A DNA stretch of 64,000 bases, taken from NCBI GenBank assembly GCA_951406725.2, contig OX597816.1:172856001-172920000 (forward strand), read 5' to 3'. A program made the translations under genes and the position numbers. The notes below the pieces were generated by a model, which was not told the DNA's origin, searched no databases, and worked only from the letters and a program-made list of their open reading frames with translations. How positions within the stretch are numbered: position 1 is the first letter of the stretch; each line of letters starts with the position of its first letter. The stretch comes from Octopus vulgaris (Eukaryota). Of this stretch, positions 1 to 13,192 are shown one piece after another.

Positions 1-1180
1 TAGCTCAAGTGTAATCAAAGTGGTTGGAAATCTGGACTTGAAATTACTTCGAATTATGCTGGAGTGGAATGGAAATTTGTTGCATTGGGTAAAGGATCAG
101 GCGGAGGAACCAGGATTGAGTGTGGTTGGTGATAAAGAAACACTTGACCAAAAGATCACGTAAATTTTAATCACGTTTGAAAGACAGGAACTGAGATGCA
201 AATTAGGTATCAGGTTGTAGAAGATGAAAACTGTAGAGGATGGTTTTCTGGAGTAGACTGGAGCAGGTAGCGGGGGGAAGGAGAATAAACTGGTGAGCAA
301 TTGTAAGAAAAAAGGATGGTGGAGCAACTGATACCATACAGTCGGTTGAAGGCCGTGCCTTCCGCAGATTGGGGGACATATTTGAGTGAGAAATAAGTGG
401 CGCATTTGATAAAAGTTATTTTCGAAATCAGTGTCTTTGAAAGTGAGGTGATAGAGATGGAGAAATTGAGGAAAAGATAAATCCAGTTTGATATCGGAGG
501 GAAGCACTCCGTCGGTTACGACGACGAGGGTTCCGGTTGATCCGAATCAACGGAACAGCCTGCTCGTGAAATTAACGTGTAAGTGGCTGAGCACTCCACA
601 GACACGTGCACCCTTAACGTAGTTCTCGGGGATATTCAGCGTGACACAGAGAGTGACAAGGTCGGCCCCTTGAAATACAGGTACAACAGAAACAGGAAGT
701 AAGAGTGAGAGAAAGTTGTGGTGAAAGAGTACAGCAGGGATCACCACCATCCCCTGCTGGAGCCTCGTGGAGAGTTTGATATCAGTAGAATGATGAGAGA
801 AGAAAATTTAAAGAAGTTATCGGAGTTACTTGATTTATAAAACATGGATATCTAAGAAATTGATATAAACAGTTTAAAGTGAGAACGAATTCAATGAGTA
901 AACAGAGCTAGGTTGAAGTGCGGTACAATGCTCGAAAAGATAATTAAGGGCCAAACTTTCGTGATTATGGGAGATTACAGTGTATAGGGATTTTGTATAA
1001 ATTGTGTAAAGAGTTTAGAAAGGTGAAAGGCGTCGTTGGTGTTCGTGCACTTGGCATGGAAGTGACCTAAGTGAATGTAGCTAGTCAAGGTATCTGGAGG
1101 ATACGCAAGAGATTCAGTTGCATACGGAAACAATGGAGAAGTCAGGGTTTGGCTTATGAAGTTTTGGTAATAGTTTGATG
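1..1180 (-). pseudogene. Possible highly degraded non-LTR retrotransposon fragment (endonuclease-like region), interrupted by a SINE
   Basis: Minus-strand translation near 1040-1120 gives IHLGHFHAK, reminiscent of the APE LGDFNAK motif; many stops; weak support only. Confidence 0.3.
503..772 (-). mobile_element. SINE family B, 5'-truncated copy
   Basis: Reverse complement matches the body of 12827-13180 and 18740-19045. Confidence 0.85.
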
Positions 1181-2458
1181 CAGGAGAAAGAACTCAATCA
1201 ATATCTATAACGCTGAAATGTGAAAAATTTGTTTGTCTCATTTTGGAATGGGAACGGTTTAAGGGCCGGTAGATGGGGTCGGATTGGCTCCAAAATTTAC
1301 AGAGACATGTAAAAATAGGCGTGGAAGCGACTGGACTAGGTTAGAAACACCTATCTCAAAAGCTGGGGTTACTAGGGCAACAAAACCCAAACTTTGACAA
1401 GTGTTTCTCGTTTCTCTCTTTCGGATATCACCCTGTCTTCCTCGATCTCTCTATTTCCTTCCTTCCCTCCACTTTCTCTCTATAACGACGTTTGACACCT
1501 TCCACTCTCATTCCCTCTCCGCCTTCGCAGGATAGACAGGTTGCGCTGTTTGAATAACGGTGGCTTTTCGTGTTGCTTTAGGGTTTAGAGGCGGTTATCT
1601 TTAATCTAATCTATAAAATGAAGGCGAACGTTGATACAAATTGGATTTTTATGTAAAAAGCGGTTTAAATGGGGCTGGAAGAGGATTAAAATTTACAGGA
1701 GGGGTAACTTGAGGTGAGAAATTGATTGGGGGACGTTTTGGGGCGCTACAGTGGTTGCTTTGTTGTGAAAACGGGGATGTTATTGATTTTGGGGGACACT
1801 TGGGGTCTAGACTGGACACCTTTTGCCCGATTTCAATCAAATTTTCAACATGGTAAAGTGGAAGCAGATTTGTAATTTAAGCGCGGAAAATGGGTTCGAA
1901 ATTTTGAAAATTAAGGCAAGATTTAAGAAACAGAAAAGAACCAACTGAGAGTAACAACCACACCCTCACCCGCACGTAGAGAGGGTCACCTTGAGCTAGT
2001 CTTACATCAAAAACCTAAATGCTTGTAACATCCACAGTTGGAGCAACATGCGACAATAAAGACATAATTTCGTCAGGTGCTCAAACAGTTATTCCATTAA
2101 ATACTCTGATATTATTTTTGCACAGATTGATGTGATTTTCAATATGGAACAGATCCTGTGTGTGTGGATCGACGATCAGACCGGATGTAATGCACAGATA
2201 AACACGATAAGCATTCAAACGAAACTTAACACTTTGCATAGTGATTTGTGTCAAGAGGAAGGTTGAACTTCTGATGCGAAATCTTTTCTAATAATGGCTG
2301 GTTAGGAAGGTTGAACAAACGACTCAATTTAGATATTAAAATGAGCGACTATTTCTAATTAGCCTGCGAACTTGAAGAAAATCATTTACACCCCAAACCC
2401 TAAACGGTTTTTCTAGGACTTTTAATTTCCAGTGAAAAAAATCAACATCCAGTTAAAG

Positions 2459-3125
2459 CAGTGGTTATCAGCCGAGGTCCATATGATCGGGGGGCGGGTC
2501 CATATGAGATTTTGTCGTTAAAATTTATGTGCAATAAATTTGTTATACTTCTACAATGCACAAAATATTTTAACAATGTTTTAAATATAATTTCTAATAA
2601 TATTTAATTATAAAAATACAATAGGCGCAGGAGTGGCTGTGTGGTAAGTAGCTTGCTAACCAACCACATGGTTCCGGGTTCAGTCCCACTGCGTGGCATC
2701 TTGGGCAAGTGTCTTCTGCTATAGCCCCGGGCCGACCAATGCCTTGTGAGTGGATTTGGTAGACGGAAACTGAAAGAAGCCTGTCGTATATATATATATA
2801 TATGTGTGTGTGTATGTGTTTGTGTGTCTGTGTTTGTCCCCCTATCATTGCTTGACAACCGATGCTGGTGTGTTTACGTCCCCGTCACTTAGCGGTTCGG
2901 CAAAAGAGACCGATAGAATCAGTACTGGCCTTACAAAGAATAAGTCCTAGGGTCGATTCACTCGACTAAAGGCGGTGCTCCAACATGGCCGCAGTCAAAC
3001 GACTGAAACAAGTAAAAGAGAAAGAGAAATAGGATTTTTTTCAAACATCGAATATCTATGGGGGCCCAGTACAATAAAACAAGAACCAAAAGGACCTATG
3101 AGCAAAAGATGGTTGAGAATCACTG
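2459..3125. mobile_element. hAT (Charlie-like) MITE nested in the Tigger remnant and interrupted by a SINE
   Basis: Imperfect TIRs CAGTGGTTATCAGCC (2459) and GGTTGAGAATCACTG (ends 3125); 8-bp TSD not preserved. Confidence 0.6.
2624..3028 (+). mobile_element. SINE family A (tRNA head, CORE-like domain, internal TA/TG microsatellite), full length
   Basis: A box TGGCTGTGTGG, B box GGTTCAGTCCC, CTTGGGCAAGT core-like motif, tail CAGCATGGCCGCAGTC..GACTGAAACAAGTAAAAGA; about 18 copies in window. Confidence 0.9.
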
Positions 3126-5072
3126 TTTCGAAGGTTCCACAGTTGTTTGGCACTTCTTGTGAGAGAAAACAGTGATGGTAATATGAAATTAACGCAACCC
3201 TTATGTGTACCACTCCGAAAACCCAATGGCTCTCAAGTTTAATCTACCAGTGATTTGGGATTCGGATAACAAGAATTGGGTAGCAACGAGCCTTTTTCAA
3301 GTTAGTATCAGTATATTGCATCAAATCACCCGTTAAACTTAAATGTTCTTTCCAATAGTGTGACAGTGGAATATACTTCCACAAGAATAACTTTTTTGTT
3401 CTTGCCAGTGAATGATAGCTTAATTGAAATCATATAATCTGAGAACTTCGAAACAATGCATAAAACTAGTGACTAAGAGGATAAATCTACGGTTAGAGAT
3501 ATAAAGAAAATATTATAGACATAACTGAGTCAATGGACAAAGTGAAACGCTCAGCTCTGAATGATGTTTGGAAAAACATAAGTACGGACTGAATCCATGA
3601 AAATTTACACCCAGTTCAGGCAGACTCTGTAATATTCTATGCCTAAAACGTTTGAAGAAGTTGTAAGAGACGTGGTTAATTTGCTAGAATTCTATAGGGA
3701 AAGTTTGTCAAATGAAATGCAAATGATGGAGAACAAGACTGAGGTGCTGGGCATGAAAAGAACACGGAAGCTCTACCCACTTCTATTCAGTTGGCTGCAA
3801 AGAAATGTTGGCACACATACAGGAATTTCTGCAAGACTTTGATTATAGCGATTCTAATCGAAGACCTTATATAAAAATTACAAGAGGATTTCATGAGTTC
3901 AGTTTCTACTCTTGGATGTATAACGAGTTGGTGCCTCATAGGCGCCTAAAGAAGTTTGGACACGTTCCTCATCCCGGGAGCAGTACTGACAATGATGATC
4001 AACCAAGCTCTTTCTCCCAGTAACCCTCACTCAACTCTACCTCAAACACAGCAGTCGACATCATTTGTAATGTGCCAGGTGCAACATTACTTTTTTCCTA
4101 TTTATTCCTGAATGTATTTCATTTGAAATGTTTTTAAATCTATGCATACTGAATAGGGTGTTTTAAAAAATATTATTTTCATGACAAAAAATGAAAAATG
4201 TCGAAAATTCCATCGTAACGCATCTCAATTTATGATATAGAAACCAATGATAAACTGCATTTTACGTTACGGAATTCGACGTTACAGTAATATTTTAGCA
4301 ACGCAACACTTCTGTAACGTGATGTATGCTGTAATTTTGAATCACAAGAATTTAAAAGCGCTCATCGTATATTTCGTATATCTGTCTGATACATGAGACA
4401 TTTATACACGGAAGCTGTAAAGGCTGCTAATAATAGCGACCATTACAATTAATATATGTGAACAGCTTTGTGCTTATATGTTTATTTGTTTACATGTATG
4501 TATGTATGTATCTAAACATATATGTATATATGATGGGTCTGGTGTAGTGTGTGTACGCACACGTGTGCGTATGATGCTTGTTTCATAAAACAAATCATAC
4601 AGACCTCAAATGAGTATATAAACATGTAGATGTTTTTCTCTCTCCATCATTCTCCTTCTTAGTCTATCTCGTTATCTTTTTCTCTCCTCTTCCCCTCACT
4701 GTTTCATATACTCTCTCTCTCTTTCTCTCTCTTTCTCTCTCTCTCTCTTTCTCTCTCTCACTCTCTCTTTACCTCACCACCTCTCCGAACACTATCGCTT
4801 AACTTAAAGAGTAACGGTATCAGAAACTAGAAAGATGAACCAGGGCCGCCAGACAATGATTCCCACCAGTCCGCTGACTAACATATCAGGCAATCTGACC
4901 TCAAACCCCAGATTCGCAACTTCCAGGTGTGAAAACTCAGTAACTCCCAATAGTTTTCATCCTGTCAATCACAGCCAAAACCCTCCTCAGGAGCCTCGCC
5001 AAGGCCCACAAACATATCCTTCATTCAATTACCAGTTCGGTTCTCTTTCACTTACTCCTTCTTCAAACTTCT

Positions 5073-5074
<2 letters not shown>

Positions 5075-5155
<81 letters not shown>

Positions 5156-5187
5156 ACACATGCGCACCCGCACACACACATGCACAC

Positions 5188-5235
<48 letters not shown>

Positions 5236-5340
5236 GCGCACACACATATATACACACACACAAACACGCGCACACACACATACACACACACATACACACA
5301 CATATACACACACACACATACACAGACACACACACATCTA
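5075..5340. repeat. (CA)n microsatellite
   Basis: Direct reading. Confidence 0.95.
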
Positions 5341-5664
5341 CATGTTTGTCTGCGCGAATGCATCTGTACGTGTGCATGTGTGTGTGCGCGCGTGTGTATG
5401 TAGTATATGCAATACAGCCATCTTTTCTTTTTTGTTTCGCTTACTTTTTTTTATTGAAGACACCCCAGGAGGATTGGGGCGTCAAACGAAGACGTCGACG
5501 CCAACCTCCACCCAATTCTTTTTTTTTCTTTCACCATTCGTTGTCCCTCCTCCTCCCTCTCTGTTCATCTGCGACTTATTCCTGCGCCCTGCTCTCTCTC
5601 TCTCCATCACCACTATCACCACTAGCTGCAGCAGTTGCACCATCATTACCACCAGCTACAGTGC

Positions 5665-5665
5665 C

Positions 5666-5734
<69 letters not shown>

Positions 5735-5762
5735 ACTACTACTACTACTACTACTACTGCTG

Positions 5763-5793
<31 letters not shown>

Positions 5794-5803
5794 AACAACA
5801 ACA

Positions 5804-5845
<42 letters not shown>

Positions 5846-5891
5846 GGTGCTGCTGCTGCTGCTGCTACTACTACTACTACTGCTGCTGCTG

Positions 5892-5943
<52 letters not shown>

Positions 5944-5990
5944 CTGGATGGTGTTTTGTGAAAATTGGAACGAAGTATTTTCGGTCGTCT

Positions 5991-6031
<41 letters not shown>

Positions 6032-6035
6032 ATTG
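5665..6035. repeat. Compound trinucleotide repeat (CTA/CTG/CAA)n followed by (TTG)n
   Basis: Direct reading. Confidence 0.95.
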
Positions 6036-6390
6036 AATTTTACTGTTTTAGTTGTTGTGGTAAACGCTTTAGCCCTAGGACAGTAAGTGGACATATATGA
6101 CCGAAGAAATTCCAGCAGAAGCCATATCACCTTAGTTTATTTTCATCTTCAAGACGGGTGTATTTGGAGTTTCTTGCGTTGACTTGTTGTTGTTGTTGTT
6201 GCTGTTATTAATGTTGTTACTCTTGCGGTTGTTGTTTCCGTCTTTTGTTATTATCGTTGTTATTTCTTTTAAAGTATTTTGTTTCTTACTATTTTGATTA
6301 TTGTTTGTTGTCGTTATTATTGCTGTAGTTGACATTGATGTTATTATTGGTGTTGATGTTGTGGTTGTTTTTCTTAATATTGTTGTTGTA

Positions 6391-6815
6391 AAGACGGCGA
6401 GATGGCAGAATCGTTAGCGAGCTTGGCAAAATGTTTAGCAGCATTTCGTCCGACTTCACGTTCTGAGCTCAAATTCTGCCGGGGTCGACTTTGCCTTTCA
6501 TCATTTTGGAGTCGATAAAATAAGTACCAGATGAGAACTGGGGTCGATGTAATCGACTAAACACTTTCAAGCCTTGTGTCTATAGCAGAAAGTATTACTA
6601 AGGGTGGCAAGCTGGCAGAACAATTAACACACCGGACAAAATGCTTAGCGGCATTTCGTCCGATTTTACATTGTGAGTTCAAATTCCGCCGAGATCCGCT
6701 TTGCCTGTCATCCTTTTGGGTCGATAAAATAAATACCAGTTGAACACTGGAGTCGACTAACTCGACTAGGTCCCCCTCCCAAACCTGCTGGCCTTGTGCT
6801 AAAACTTGAAACCAA
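6391..6815 (+). mobile_element. Two tandem copies of SINE family C
   Basis: GGCGGCGAGCTGGCAGAA-type head, GAGTTCAAATTC B-box-like motif, GCCTTTCATCCTTTCGGGGTCGATAAAATAAGTACCAG-type central domain; copies start near 6391 and 6601. Confidence 0.8.
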
Positions 6816-7039
6816 TATTGTTGCTGTTGTTTCTTGCTCCGGGTAGTGCCATCTTAAGGTATGGCTACCCTGGGCAGTTGACCAGAGGCCTCGTGGGGTC
6901 TGGGAATCCAATTCTGATTGATGTATTTTGTGGCTTACTGAAAATAAATAAATATTGTAAGAATTTGGAATGACCGGAAGTAGATGGACAAAGAGAAAGT
7001 GCTTTCTGAGACAGGAGAGTCTTAAGAATAGTTGCTATC

Positions 7040-8310
7040 TGTGTGTACGTGTGGGTGTGTGCGCGTGTGTGTGTGCGGTGGCATCTGTGTGTGTGTGATA
7101 GCGCGTGTGTGGCAGTAACTGAGTGTGTGTGTGTATGCGCGCGTGTGGTGGGGGGCATATGTGTATGATACTGTATGTGTGTGCTTGGACGTGTGTACGG
7201 ATGTGTGTGTGTCCCTGTCACTCTGTCTGCCTGTCTGTTTCTCTGTATGTTATATGTATGTATGTGTGTTCGTGTGCGCCTCTGGAGATGTGTGTGTATG
7301 TACGTGTGAGTGAGTGTGGAAGTGTATATATGTGTGTGTATGTATGTTTGCGCGTGTATGTGTGCATTCTGTATATGTGTGTGTATGTATGTTTGCGCGT
7401 GTATGTGTGTATGTGTGCGTGCATGTATGTGTGTTGTATGTGCGGAGATATATGTGCGTTCGTGTGTGTGCCTGTGTGCATGTATGTATGTGTGAGTCTG
7501 TGTGTACGTGCATGTGCGTGTAAGTACTTGTGTGTATGTATGTGTGCATATGGGTGTACGTGTGTGTATGTATGTGTGTGCATATGTGTGCGTGTGTGTG
7601 TTTTGTGTGCAGAGGTATATGTGCGTTCGTGTGTGTGTGTGCATGTGTGTGTGCGTGCGTGTGTGTTTGTATGTACGTCTGTATGTATGTGTGCCTATAT
7701 GTGCGCGTTGTGTGTATTATATGTGTGGAGATATATGTGCGTTCACGTGTTTGTGTGTGCGTGTGTTTGTGTGTGTGTATGTGTGTGCATGTGTTCATGT
7801 ATGTACGTATGTGTATATGTGTGTGCATGTATGTGCATGTTGTGTGTGTGTGTATGTTGTGTATGTGTGTTTGTTGTGTGCGTTGTGTGTGTGTGGAGGT
7901 ATATGTTTATTAGTGTGTATGTATGTGTTAGTGTGCGTGTGCCTGTGTGCGGTGTGTGTGTAAGCATGTGAGAGGGAGAGGGATGAGGTGGAGTATGGGT
8001 GCGTTGTCTGAAGGGTGTGTGAATGGGTGGGTGAGGCTATGTGAATGGGTGAGGGTGGTGGTGGTGGTGGTGTGTGTGTGTGTGTGTGTGTTGGCGTGTG
8101 TCCGTAGACGGAATGGGAACGTGTATATGTGTGTGTGTGTACATGTATGGGTGTGTGTGTGTGTTTATCTTTGTGCGTCATTCTGTCGCGCGTTCTCTCA
8201 CTGTATAAATATGTGTGTGTACCTTTCGCTGTGTGTACATACATACACACACACATACATACATACATACATACATACATACATACATACATACATACAT
8301 ACATACATAC
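7040..8310. repeat. Degenerate (TG/TATG)n low-complexity array ending in (CATA)n
   Basis: Direct reading. Confidence 0.9.
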
Positions 8311-8468
8311 GACGGAATTCTTTCGGTTTCCGTCTACCAAACCCACTCACAAGGGTTTGTTCGGCCCAAGGCTATAGTAGATGTCACTTGCCCAACGCGC
8401 CATGCAGTGGAACTGAACTCCAAACCATGTGGTTGGGAAAGAAGTTTTTTACCACAAAGCCACTCCTG
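8311..8468 (-). mobile_element. SINE family A, diverged 5' half
   Basis: Similarity to reverse complement of 2624-2787. Confidence 0.75.
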
Positions 8469-8779
8469 TGAAATGCTCTTCTTGTTGCTGCTGACAGCGA
8501 CTCAATGTCCGCGCATTGCCGAAATGTTGGTTTACGTCAAACGGTTAACAGTCGTTAATTACAATAGTCCCGGCTGATCCAGCTATTGACCGAATCTCTC
8601 GATGAGAAAGAGCAAGAAGACTTTTTGTTTCTCTCCGGTGGCGATGGTGAAGACGAAACGCTGTGAGAAGGAGACAGATGAGAAGTTTGAAGACAAAGCT
8701 TTCTTCTTGAGCCAAGACCTCATCAACTTCACGTACCACTTAAGATGGGAAGTCAGAATAAAGTGAGAAGTGCTACATT

Positions 8780-8990
8780 CTAAATCCTTAAAAAAAAATC
8801 CTTAAAAATGTTTTAGCCCGAAGGCCGCGGCCATGCTGGGGCACCACCGCTGAAATTCTATTTAATTTTATGAGACATTGATGAGAGTGACAAGACTGGC
8901 GAGGTTAAACGGGTGTACACAAACTCAGGGCTGAAGGTTGGTGGCAAAAACGAAGAGAATGCATTTTTTTGCTTTTGGTATGTTAGGATA
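8780..8990 (-). mobile_element. Probable LINE 3'-end fragment with tail resembling SINE family A
   Basis: Minus strand GGTGCCCCAGCATGGCCGCGGCCTTCGGGCTAAAAC followed by duplicated TTAAGGATTT; upstream sequence unrelated to the SINE body. Confidence 0.5.
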
Positions 8991-9345
8991 CCAACCACAT
9001 GGTCCCGGGTTCAGTCCCACTGCGTGGCACCTTGGGCAAGTGTCTTCTACTATAGCCTCGGGCCAACCAAAGCCTTGTGAGTGGATTTGGTAGACGGAAA
9101 CTGAAAGAATCCTGTCGTATATATGTGTATATATATGTATGTGTGTGTATATGTTTGTGTGTCTGTGTTTGTCCCCCAATATCGCTTAACAACCGATGCT
9201 GTTGTGTTTAAGTCGGCAAAAGAGAGCGATAGAATAAGTACTAGGCTTACAGAGAATAAGTCCTGGGGTCGATTTGATCGACTGAATGCGGTGCTCCAGC
9301 GTGGCCACAGTCAAATGACTGAAACAAGTAAAAGAGTAAAAGAGT
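8991..9345 (+). mobile_element. SINE family A, 5'-truncated
   Basis: Matches 2660-3028. Confidence 0.88.
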
Positions 9346-9814
9346 ATAATGTCAGGTTGTGCATGGAGTAATGAAGTCACTTGAAATAATCGTTTTTGTG
9401 ACTTCCTTCTTTGATGTCCCTATTACTAATTTGTTTTTATCTGTCTTTTCTTACTTTTATTCGATGTAAACATCCCTTTGCTTTTCGTATTTCACCCCTT
9501 TTTTTATTGTCCCCATCATTTGGTAACTAAAAATGTCAGTATCGTTATGCTGTTTATGCTGATGACGATGATGATGACAGTTCTGATGGTGATTTTTCCA
9601 CTGGTGTCACTGTTTCTGATGTGCCTAGCGTGGTTACTGCTGCTGTTATTGTTGCTGATGTTGTGTTTGCTGTTGGGCTTTTCATCATTCGTCATCTTTT
9701 AGTATTCCTTCTGTTTTTCCTTTTCCCCTTTTTCTATCTTTTGTATTTCTATCTACTTCCCTTTTCAATCTTCCTCTTTATCCCCTCCATTTACTGTTCT
9801 TCGTTTTTTTCCGT

Positions 9815-9965
9815 TTTCTTCTTCTTCATCTTCTTCTTCTTCTTCTTCTTCTTCTTCTTCTTCTTCTTCTTCTTCTTCTTCTTCTTCTTCTTCTCTTCCT
9901 CCTCCTCCTCCTCCTTCTTCTTCTCCTTCTTCTTCTCCTCCTCCTCCTACTCCTTTTCTTCTTCT
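9815..9965. repeat. (TTC)n/(TCC)n microsatellite
   Basis: Direct reading. Confidence 0.95.
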
Positions 9966-10329
9966 TCACGACTACTGCTGCTGCCACTCAACGCTGTTCC
10001 TTTCTACATATCTCTCGTTTACCTGTCCTCCTCCTCTCCACTCTCCCTTTCCATTTCTCCTTGCTCTCACAACGCTAACGAACCGTTCTTACTTGGCCCC
10101 TGTTCAACACAAAACAGAAAACAATGTCACTTCCTTTATACGCTGGATTACGTCTCAATTGTCCACACCAATGGATGCTGGTATATCAAGTGAGTAGCAC
10201 AACACAGTACTAGTATTGCCGAATGGCAACCAACACACACAGAGAAAATATAGAAAAGAAATCAGACCGACGCACAAACATAGATAGACAAGTCATAAGT
10301 AACATATTTTGTCACTAAAAAGAAAGAAC

Positions 10330-10700
10330 AACAATGGTGTACAAACAACACATTAGGTCCATCATGCACTATACTAGTCCTTCCTGATTGTCATTTTCTC
10401 TGCAACAAACCACAAAATAGTGCGCTATGCATCATAACATGCTTTGTACAGACACAGCCACTGAACACCTCTACAACAAAACAAAAATTCCGACATGCAA
10501 AGGATGCGTCTTTTCGTTGCAGCAAGCTTTAACTACCACAGTCCATATCAGCAAGAAGAACATCACCGCCAAATATCCACCTATATACAACATCTCAGAG
10601 CACTACTACATCTTAAGTACTCTTTCGTAGCCCAGACAAGCATTACAAATACATATATACGGTAATAGCTGCAATGTCAATAACCTGACTAGCCCCAAAT
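10330..10700 (+). pseudogene. Decayed LINE ORF2 fragment downstream of the RT domain (I/Jockey-like)
   Basis: VYKQHIRSIMHYTSPS*...QNSALCIITC...TEHLYNKTKIP resembles the LYK..IRS...YASP.W / QN.ALR.ITG / EHLH.ETKI pattern. Confidence 0.55.
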
Positions 10701-11520
10701 ATTGTGCTGGTATGTATAAAGTCAGCAATGAATGCAGAGGAGCAGCAACTATCGGGGTTCGATCGAGTCTATGTCACTCGCTTTTCCTATAGCCCCCACC
10801 ATTACCTACAGGTGTAGAAAAATAAAACAGGTAGAGAAGAGTGTGCAGTATGTTCAGACTGTAACGTTGCACCCCATAGAATTTACTACTGTTTATCAAA
10901 TTGTGCAGTATGTCCCTCAGCTAAACAGAAGCATTGTATAACTATGAAGAAAGATCTGTGAATCACTCCTCGACATTCCCGTGATATCTGCATACCATAG
11001 GACAGCTCGATCAAGCTTGTCTTGCAGTTACACAATAACTAGTGTCCTCGAAATAATTAACAAAGAATGAAATATTTAGTAGTTTGTCGGGGCCATCATT
11101 TACTTTCAATACTATTGTGGTTGGTGTGGTTGTTTGTTGTATAGGTACAGGTCAATCCTAACCGAGATAATCTATATTTAAGATCATTCCAGCGGTGACC
11201 GTCCCGTCCTCTTCGAAAGGTGTTCGGGTAGATTATCCAATGACTCCATTCCTTTCCAAAGATGCCATGAGATATATTTTGTCCGACTATTTCTAACAAG
11301 TCGACCATACCATACTAGGGCACCTACGTTGGCTTGGAAACCATTTTGTTATCACTCTAATGGCCATATGGTTTTTGCTATAATTTGTTGGTAATATTGT
11401 GGTAGTTACTAATTCTCTTCTGTTAGAGATGGTCTAAGTATCAGCACGTTGGAAGGTCCTCACAAAGGCGCAGGACTGAAAGGCTTGCAGTTGGCCATTC
11501 AAATCTCTCTTCTCCAGTTT

Positions 11521-11764
11521 GGTAAGACAAATGATTTGTAAAGATCCAGCTATATATTCTTATTTGTATGTCGCTGGCACCAAACACATGACTCCAAGCT
11601 ACCAAATGCTTTTGCTGCCCTTTGAACTATATATATATATATATATAAAACGAAGGTACAAAAAGCACCAACTGCTAAAAAATAAGGGTCAGAAAACGAC
11701 TCTATAGCCACACAAAGCACCAACCTCATGAGACTGATGAAAAGAGAGGGAGCGAGCAAAGACA
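11521..11764 (-). repeat. Inverted duplicate of 14158-14383
   Basis: Both translate VQRAAKAFG.LESCVWCQRHTNKNI and share the adjoining non-coding arm. Confidence 0.85.
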
Positions 11765-12072
11765 TAAGTCACTGATATCCTTGGGAAGGGCAGGGCTGAA
11801 AGCACCTGGCACCTGTGTCTTCGGTGGGGGGGATGGACACAAAAAGCCGGATCACATATTGCAAGCAACCTTACACTCTAACAATTCTATCAACCTACTG
11901 CACTGGATTGATAATTTATTTATCAAATACCATTCCCACCAGCAGTATAACAAGCAAAAGGGACCAGGATTTGAAGTAAGAGCTGAGAGAGTTAGAATAA
12001 ATACTGCGAGAGAGTCTATAAAACCACTGAAATGCCTCCGCCAATTCAACTACTTCAATAAATAATGCTGCA

Positions 12073-12256
12073 TGTCGGGCAAAATGCTTAGCGGCATTTC
12101 GCCTGCGTTTACGTTCTGAGTTCAAATTCCACCAAGGTCGAGTTCACCTTTCATCATTTCGGAGTTGATAAGATAAGCAGCTGTTGTGCATTGGTGTCCG
12201 TGTAATCGATCATCCGGCTCTCCCGAAAAGCTTGGCCTTGTGCCTGTAGTAAAAAG
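12073..12256 (+). mobile_element. SINE family C, 5'-truncated
   Basis: Similarity to 30085-30230. Confidence 0.75.
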
Positions 12257-12511
12257 GATTATTGTGTTAGCTGTTGTTGTTTCGCACCAGGTCAGTCCCA
12301 GTTGATCAAGTCTAATATCAAAGCCATTAGAGTCTTGGCCATTATATGACAAGTTCGAAAAACGAACGAAACTCAAAAAATTCTTTTTCCAAAATTCTAG
12401 TGACCTCTTTTCTCAATATATGCATATATTAGCTTAAAAGTCGCCCTCTATTTCAGATATATTCATGTTCTGATGTCTACTATGTTTTTTGTATTGATAT
12501 ATATCCGTACT

Positions 12512-12695
12512 AAGGCGGCGAACTGGCAGAATCGATAGGACGCCGGGTAAAAGTCATAGCGGCATTTTGTGCCTCATTACGGTCTGTGTTCAAATTCTGC
12601 TAAAGTCGACTATGTCTTTCATCCTTTCCAGGACGATAAAATAAGTACCAGCTGAACGCTGGAGTTGATGTAATCAACTTAGCCTCTTCCCCGCT
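12512..12695 (+). mobile_element. SINE family C, diverged
   Basis: AAGGCGGCGAACTGGCAGAA head and central domain. Confidence 0.75.
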
Positions 12696-12822
12696 AATAA
12701 ACGATTATATATATACTTACTCCGTATCGGGCTGCTTTTAAGTTAGCTCCTGTGGAGGGCTCTTCATTGGACCTTGGGCCCAACAATGATACTTCATGCA
12801 TTGAGTACATGAAAAATTTTAT

Positions 12823-13192
12823 GAGTGGAGGCGCAATGGCCCAGTGGTTAGGGCAGCGGACTCACTGTCATAGGATCGCGGTTTCGATTCCCAGACCGGG
12901 CGTTGTGAGTGTTTATTGAGCGAAAACACCTAAAGCTCCACGAGGCTCCGGCAGGGGATGGTGGTGATCCCTGCTGTACTCTTTCAGCACAACTTTCTCT
13001 CACTCTTACTTCCTGTTACTGTTGTACCTGTATTTCAAAGGGCCGGCCTTGTCACTCTCTGTGTCACGCTGAATATCCCCGAGAAATACGTTAAGGGTAC
13101 ACGTGTCTGTGGAGTGCTCAGCCACTTACACGTTAATTTCACGAGCAGGCTGTTCCGTTGATTCGGATCAACCGGAACCCCCCCCCCCCACC
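12823..13192 (+). mobile_element. SINE family B with intact tRNA head and 17-bp TSD
   Basis: A box TGGCCCAGTGG, B box GTTTCGATTCC; TSD TACATGA(A/T)AAATTTTAT at 12806-12822 and 13193-13209. Confidence 0.88.

Larger units (their letters stand above)
2030..4333 (+). mobile_element. Degenerate Tigger/pogo DNA transposon with nested insertions
   Basis: MEQILCVWIDDQ...ISIQTK...NGWLGR (CENP-B-type HTH) at about 2140-2310; YHSENPMALK...LPVIW (DDE region) at about 3200-3260; ends CTG+TA near 4330; left boundary approximate. Confidence 0.7.

Noticed and set aside
1197-1560. Possible Helitron-like 5' end
   Set aside because: The start resembles such elements but no 3' hairpin or CTAG end was found
2624-2695. 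tRNA gene calls at SINE heads (also 12827-12900)
   Set aside because: A and B boxes are present but they are the 5' ends of multicopy SINEs
2594-2858. Recurrent ORFs such as [15 protein letters not shown] and [15 protein letters not shown]
   Set aside because: Antisense translation of SINE family A, not a gene family
4835-5074. 79-aa ORF in unique sequence
   Set aside because: No recognisable domain or splice support
5052-8577. Long ORFs with poly-L/T/S and HT/CV repeats
   Set aside because: Stop-free read-through of microsatellites on several frames; no domain signal
11781-12065. Possible GIY-YIG endonuclease C-terminal remnant
   Set aside because: Only a vague resemblance; catalytic motifs not seen
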